The notes under the pieces were generated by a model. That model was not told where the DNA came from. It saw nothing but the letters and a program-made list of their open reading frames with translations, and made no database searches. The position numbers and the translations under genes are program-made. A stretch of DNA of 64,000 bases from Tubiluchus corallicola. Lineage: Eukaryota; Animalia; Priapulida. The stretch lies in NCBI GenBank assembly GCA_030141605.1, contig JAQGDQ010000024.1:558001-622000 (forward strand), given 5' to 3'. Each line of letters begins with the position of its first letter. The stretch's first letter is position 1. Shown piece by piece: positions 50,851-64,000 of the stretch.

Positions 50851-51869
50851 CACAATTCATCAACTGAACATTTAAGCCTGTTTCATCATACATCTTAAGT
50901 GTGTAACAAATACAACTGTTACGTGATAAATAGTTTTCTCTAGATTCATTTGTAAGCGTTCTCCACTGCTTCGGTTTTATTCTACGCAGCCAGCTTGAAA
51001 ATTGAGCTTGTTCAGTTCATTACAAAATGGCTATTGATTAATCATCTTAGTTCACTGTGATGAAGCGGTAGTAACACTGTTGGAAACTGTCACGCAGACT
51101 ATTTTCTAACCAAACATTTGTCCGTGCTTCGATAAAATGATTTTCCCTTTCAAAAAGGGAAAGTAAATCTTTGCATCTGCAGCTCATTTAATATGAATAT
51201 TGTTGTTTTAGCCTAGTTTGAATATTGTGCACATTTAAAATTCTTCCAGGGGAGTTTGGTAGTGGGGGGAAATAATCAGAAAAAATCCATGAATGAAGAA
51301 AATTTGTGTAACTGCCATCCTTTTTTAAAACAAGGAGCCACTAATAACTAAGTCAGGTTTAATAACCCAGATTACAGTTTTGAGCTTTGTGTCCACGATA
51401 CAAAATGTAAAGCTAAAATATTTAACTGAACTGACTTAATGTTTCACATGGTAGGAAAGTCTGTTGTACGGAAGGCACTGCATTTACCAACTATAACGTC
51501 AAATAACTAGTTATACCTTTTCACGAATTTTTTGAGTTTTCCTCATATCTTCCTTCTCATTCATCTTCACAAGACGAATGAGACATCTTCACAAATGTAA
51601 TTTCAAGACGTTCAAAATGACAGGAAATAAATCTAGGTCACTCTAGCTTAAAATCACTTCAGCTTTCACATAAATTGTTGCTTATAAGTGCTCTATGTAT
51701 ACAGTACAGACCTTTCATTTAGTCATGAGACAAGTGAGGCAGACCACAGGGATATGAAACTTACATCAGTTTAAAATTAAATGGGGCTTTACAGATATTT
51801 TGAGCACGACACACCTGCTCTTCACTTAGCTAATAAAAGTTCAACTTAATTTTATCACGGGAGAATAAA

Positions 51870-52270
51870 TTAAATTCAACTAAAATTAATTAATTAAACA
51901 GCTCTAATTAATTAATTAACGAATTGCTACATTTTTTGCTTTGAACCAAATGTCCTAGTTAATCACACTGCCAAATTTCAATTCAGCTGGATTATGGGAA
52001 CATGCAGTTTAAAATTAATTAATTAAACAGCTGTACTTAATTAACTAATTAATGATTCGTTACAATTAATCATCACAGCAATTTTCTAGAAAATTGTTGC
52101 AATTTCTAATTTAAAATTAATTAATGAAACAGCTGCAATTAATAAACTAATTAATAAATTGTGACAGATTCTTGAATGAAGGACAGCCTATCTAATCATC
52201 ACGCCAAATTCCAACTCAACTGAATACATACTTTTGGATTTGAAAAGTTGAAAAAAGTGTGACGGAGAGG
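51870..52270. repeat. AT-rich element with three diverged TAAAATTAATTAATTAAACAGCT units
   Basis: Units at about 51881, 52010 and 52112; a CCAAATT(T/C)CAA block is repeated at about 51970 and 52204. Probably a non-autonomous transposon relic; family not established. Confidence 0.5.
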
Positions 52271-53332
52271 GTGCATTTTGGCTTTTACATGAGAACGGTG
52301 CAGGTTGAATCCAGCCACTAAGCGATTAACTAATAACAAAAGTGGTGTTCGTCCATGGCCAGCAAGTTCTTACAGCAGCTCAGAGCATTACTGAGCTGTT
52401 GCATTACGAACTGGGGGTGACCATCAGGCAAACAACAGACAATAACGCAGAATATTTTCGCGGTATTAATTAAGTTTGCTCGTTTTGCTGGACACTGTTG
52501 CCAAGCTTGTTCCATAGTTGGCTTGCCATGATCGTTGATAATTAGGTGTTACATATTTTCACACATTAGCAAACAAGATAGGGCTTGTGCATGGATAAGT
52601 TTTCATGTAAAAGCCATAAACCAGATTTTTTCTAAGACCCAAACTAATTCTTGGAAATTTTGGTGGTGAACCATGTATATATATCCTTCTTATTTCACAA
52701 CCTGACAGTCAAATGTGACTACTACTGCTGGTGTTAGGCTGTAACATATTATTTCATGCGTTACTAATATTTAATGTATAAGTAGCTGTTCTGTTTATGA
52801 TTCTAATTTTTCCAGAGATCATAATTTCAAAAATGTTAGCTTTGTAAATTTTCTCACTTAATTTGCAACCAGTCTTAAGCCCTATTCAATGTTCCATTAT
52901 CATTTCAGGTATGACTGTATTCTGAAGTTCAAAACAATAGAGGATTCATTCAATGAGTGTGCCATCTACAACTCATTATAAACATAGGTGAGTTAAACAA
53001 GTAATAAATTTCTCTTTTATTACCTTACATGCAGACTATAAAGTGGTTATAGTGTTAAATAATGGCAGTTCTTGCAGAGTGCTCTTTAGGTTCTGAAGTC
53101 AGTTTAATGTCAGTTACTTTCTAATTGCTTTATTACCAAAAAGTAGAGACTGCATGCTAAAGCTGTTGAAAATAGCTTGAAGCATTTGTCATAGTAATTA
53201 ACCTAATATATTATATAAAATATATTGGTAATTAATTATTTTAACATTTTTAATTAGTGCTCCTTTGTTTATACTGCCTAATAAAGTTCCATTAGCAATG
53301 ATTAGCCAGTTTCTAGTTACCACAGTTGGTAC

Positions 53333-54163
53333 TAGAGGTGGGACGAAGCTTAAGTTTCCGAAACCGAATCGAAGCCGAATCTCGTGTTTTTCCAGATTCT
53401 GAAACTGAACCGAATCCGAGTCTTTAATACCAAATACCAAATGGTAATTTTGAATGCCAAAGGGATCAGAATCTTGTAACATAACTCCAGTTAGTTTTCC
53501 ATATTACGATCAGTGTAGTGTTAGTTACAATGGATGCTTCATTGAAGCATATATATATATAAGAACAGTCTTGTATAATGGTCTTGCTAAACACAGTAAA
53601 GTTCCTTAGTTTTTGCCTTATGTGCTTTGATATTTATTTATTGCAAGCTAGAAAATAATGTTATTACTATACAAAATGTGAGTAGTGCTATGTATAAAGA
53701 GTTCATAGAGATTTTGGCATATTTTATGACTGTACTTTATTATTTAGCACTAAATTAGTAACATTTAGAAGGTAAAAATAAATTAAACTCAACACATGCT
53801 AAAATATAGTTTGTCTTTAGAAGGATAGTAGCCAAAATCTTGTGATAAAATTGTGTCACTATTGAAAATATTTAGTGTCAGTCGGGTATTTAAGCAGTGC
53901 ATAAATATAACTTTTATGGAACTTTGCGATTACATTAAAAGTGCAAACATGACAAAATGCACAAATTTACATTTTTCTTAGAAATTAAACTGGTAAGACG
54001 GGAAATTATGCAAATTTTACAACACTAGTTTCTATTTTTTTACCGAACCCGAACCAAATCTGAAGTACGTTAAAGTAAAACCTCGGCGGATCTAAATCGA
54101 AGCTCCGATTCGGATTCGCTATCCGAAGATCCGGAGTAGTGAAACTTTTTCGTCCCATCCCTA
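53333..54163. mobile_element. Non-autonomous hAT (Ac-like TIR) element
   Basis: TIRs TAGAGGTGGGACGAA / TTCGTCCCATCCCTA (13 of 15 match); 8-bp TSD GTTGGTAC / GTTGGTAT; subterminal CCGAA/TCGGA repeats. Confidence 0.87.
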
Positions 54164-56513
54164 GTTGGTATTCCATGTTTTTACTGGGTAATTAAGAACA
54201 AAAGAGATTTGGCGTAAAGATGAGGAAATTGTTGAGCTAATGACATGTTAAACTGTTAACATCCATCAGAACATGAATGCAGATCTGTTTGTCAGACAGA
54301 CTAAGGGAAGGGAGTTTTGTAGATCATTTCACTGTGCTAATAATTCACGTCTCACTGAGAAGGGTCATGGAAATGTCATAGCCAACAAAGTTATGCTAGG
54401 TATAAATAATTTTTGCAACTATGCACGACATTCTATTTTATTACACACCAAATTGTTACACGCAGTTTTTTTAAATGCTGTAAAAGAAACAACATATTTG
54501 ATCAGATTTCCTGCGTATATTGTAATGCTTCTAGTGTAAATTTAATTTTAAAATCTCAAATGACAGTTACATGGGCTATAAATTTTTAATACATTGTAAA
54601 TACAATTAATGTTAGTCATGTGTGAATTCCAGGAACTGTTACTATATAAAAATTTAGTTAAGCAATATCATGTTTTCACAAAGTAGCTCGATTCCGGATC
54701 TGATTCCAGTTCTCACAAAGTAGGTTGACGTTTGCTTTTGTACATAAATTATTTACTTTTACCAAATTGAATTTTATCTTACATTTTATCTTTACCTTAT
54801 CTTATCTTTTCAGTCAAAATATTTATATTTTTTCAATGTATTAATTTGTATAAAGTTTCTGAAAAAAAGAATTTACCGCCATAATTTTCTTTGGAATTTG
54901 CATGTGACCGTGGAGTGTCTTGTGGGCCTGGGAAAAGGGTAAGAAGGGAAAAGGTGGATCAGATGGGTAAGCAGTGGTCCTCCAACTCAGTTTTGCTTTA
55001 CCATGCATTTTTGTCCTGCCGCAGTGCTTGATCACAGTACACTAATAATTTTTTTTATGAAATCTAGTGAAAGAAACAATAGTTAATAAATGAAAGTCTA
55101 TCTAAAAGCCAGAGATTGACATTGAACATTGAAAAATTATAATGTGCGTATAATTTGAGTTGTTTTTGTATTTAAAACGATTAAGTGAAGTTGCACTTTA
55201 CAGATGAAAAAATGTAGCCAAATCGTAAATCTTGCTGCCCTGGCGGATTTATAAACCATTATAAATTTATGAAATTATAATAACTTGTAATTCAAAGGAT
55301 ACCAAATGTAAAAACTTGATTATTGTTTCATTTGTAATTAACTTGTAAAGTTAGTAGGGGTGTGCACTAGTAGGCCTATATTTTCATTTTGTCAGATGCA
55401 TCAATTTAGTCTGTAAAAATGTAAACGTTAAAGTCCCAGGACATTAATAAATACGTTATAAAGTTATAATGTGCCAGTGTATCACTGGTCCGGCGAACAA
55501 GGTCGTGTAATTGTGATGTTCACTTGAAACACGTTGACTTTTTGGATTTGAACTACAATTGAACCTCAATTTTATAAAAATTAATACTAAAATAGGATTA
55601 GTTATTCACGTGTTAACTAAGAAAGCTTGAATTAATTTTAACAAACTCGTTTAAAATATTTTATGCTAAAATAGATACCCTTGACATAATCGACTTGTAG
55701 TTAGCGAGTTACTTGATTATGAATAATATCTTTACTAACGTTTTTTGCGTCTTCGTTCAATTATTGAGAATGAAAACTGGCGATGGCAGCTGCCAAAGTC
55801 GTTTTCTTTGCGAATTCAGATTCAATTATTCTAACATTTATTACAGACTATAAAAAGTATTAAGCACAGCAAAACAAAAAGCGGAGTGTTACCTCTGCAT
55901 CAGTCAGTTACTGGGAAGCAAATACACAGTCAGAGCAGCAAAGTTTATGCTTAAGAAATTTACAAAATGTCTGTGTGTGTGCGTGTATGTATGAACCCTG
56001 GAGCTCAGAGAGGGAAATTATAGGGAAACAGCTCTGCGGCAGTGCGGTGATGTTGTGCTGCCATCTGGCGACAGCTGTATAAACAATTTCCATTGCAAAA
56101 TAGGACATTCTATACACAGAGCCTGTACATTTTTTAGTTTACATTAAGTTTGATTTGATAACCGTTGAGGATTTTAAGTTTATTATTTCTAATAATTTTT
56201 GAAAGTTTAACTCTGATAATAATGTACGTCTTTCTTAGCAACATTATGTTTAAGATTTTGATGATACATGTTAATATAAGTCGAATTCGTTTTATTTTTG
56301 GTTTTGCTAGAATCCAAATTACAAAATAACTGCTCTGGAGCCGAAGCCAGTCATTGCACTGCCATTTCACCTTTGGGCTAAATGTAGCTAGTCAGTTGCC
56401 CCTGTTTACATTTCACAATATTTTTGCTTTGTTGGACTAATTTCAGTTTTAAGCTGTATGGCTATTTTCCAGTTACAGTTGACAAAGACGATTACCCTTT
56501 CTGACTCGGCATC

Positions 56514-63910
<7,397 letters not shown>

Positions 63911-64000
63911 GTAAGTAGACCACTTTCACACATGTTGATTTATTAATTAGACATTTCACAATTGTTCCTACTCCTTACTCTAACTACTATTCAGCAAAAA

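Overview
AT-rich, intron-rich eukaryotic genomic DNA in the standard genetic code, from an invertebrate animal (it encodes paramyosin). Hand-splicing gives five protein-coding genes: (1) paramyosin on the minus strand (11 exons, 16667 down to 189, continuing off the window start); (2) a small secreted Tyr-rich protein with three EGF repeats (minus, 21190 to about 19012, 3' end unresolved); (3) CDC123 (plus, 11 exons, 24776-37280, first intron GC-AG); (4) an intronless peroxisomal phytanoyl-CoA dioxygenase PHYH (minus, 50565-49591); (5) a pyruvate:ferredoxin/flavodoxin oxidoreductase (PFO/PFOR, NifJ-type; plus, 13 exons from 56514, running off the window end). The PFO is the main result. It is an oxygen-sensitive enzyme of anaerobic bacteria and protists that is not part of the textbook animal repertoire. 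Here it has spliceosomal introns, a mitochondrial-type presequence and substitutions in normally conserved active-site motifs. The rest of the window is decayed CR1-group LINEs, hAT and Tc1/mariner MITEs, SINE heads and microsatellites. Family calls rest on motif recognition by eye; no database search was run.
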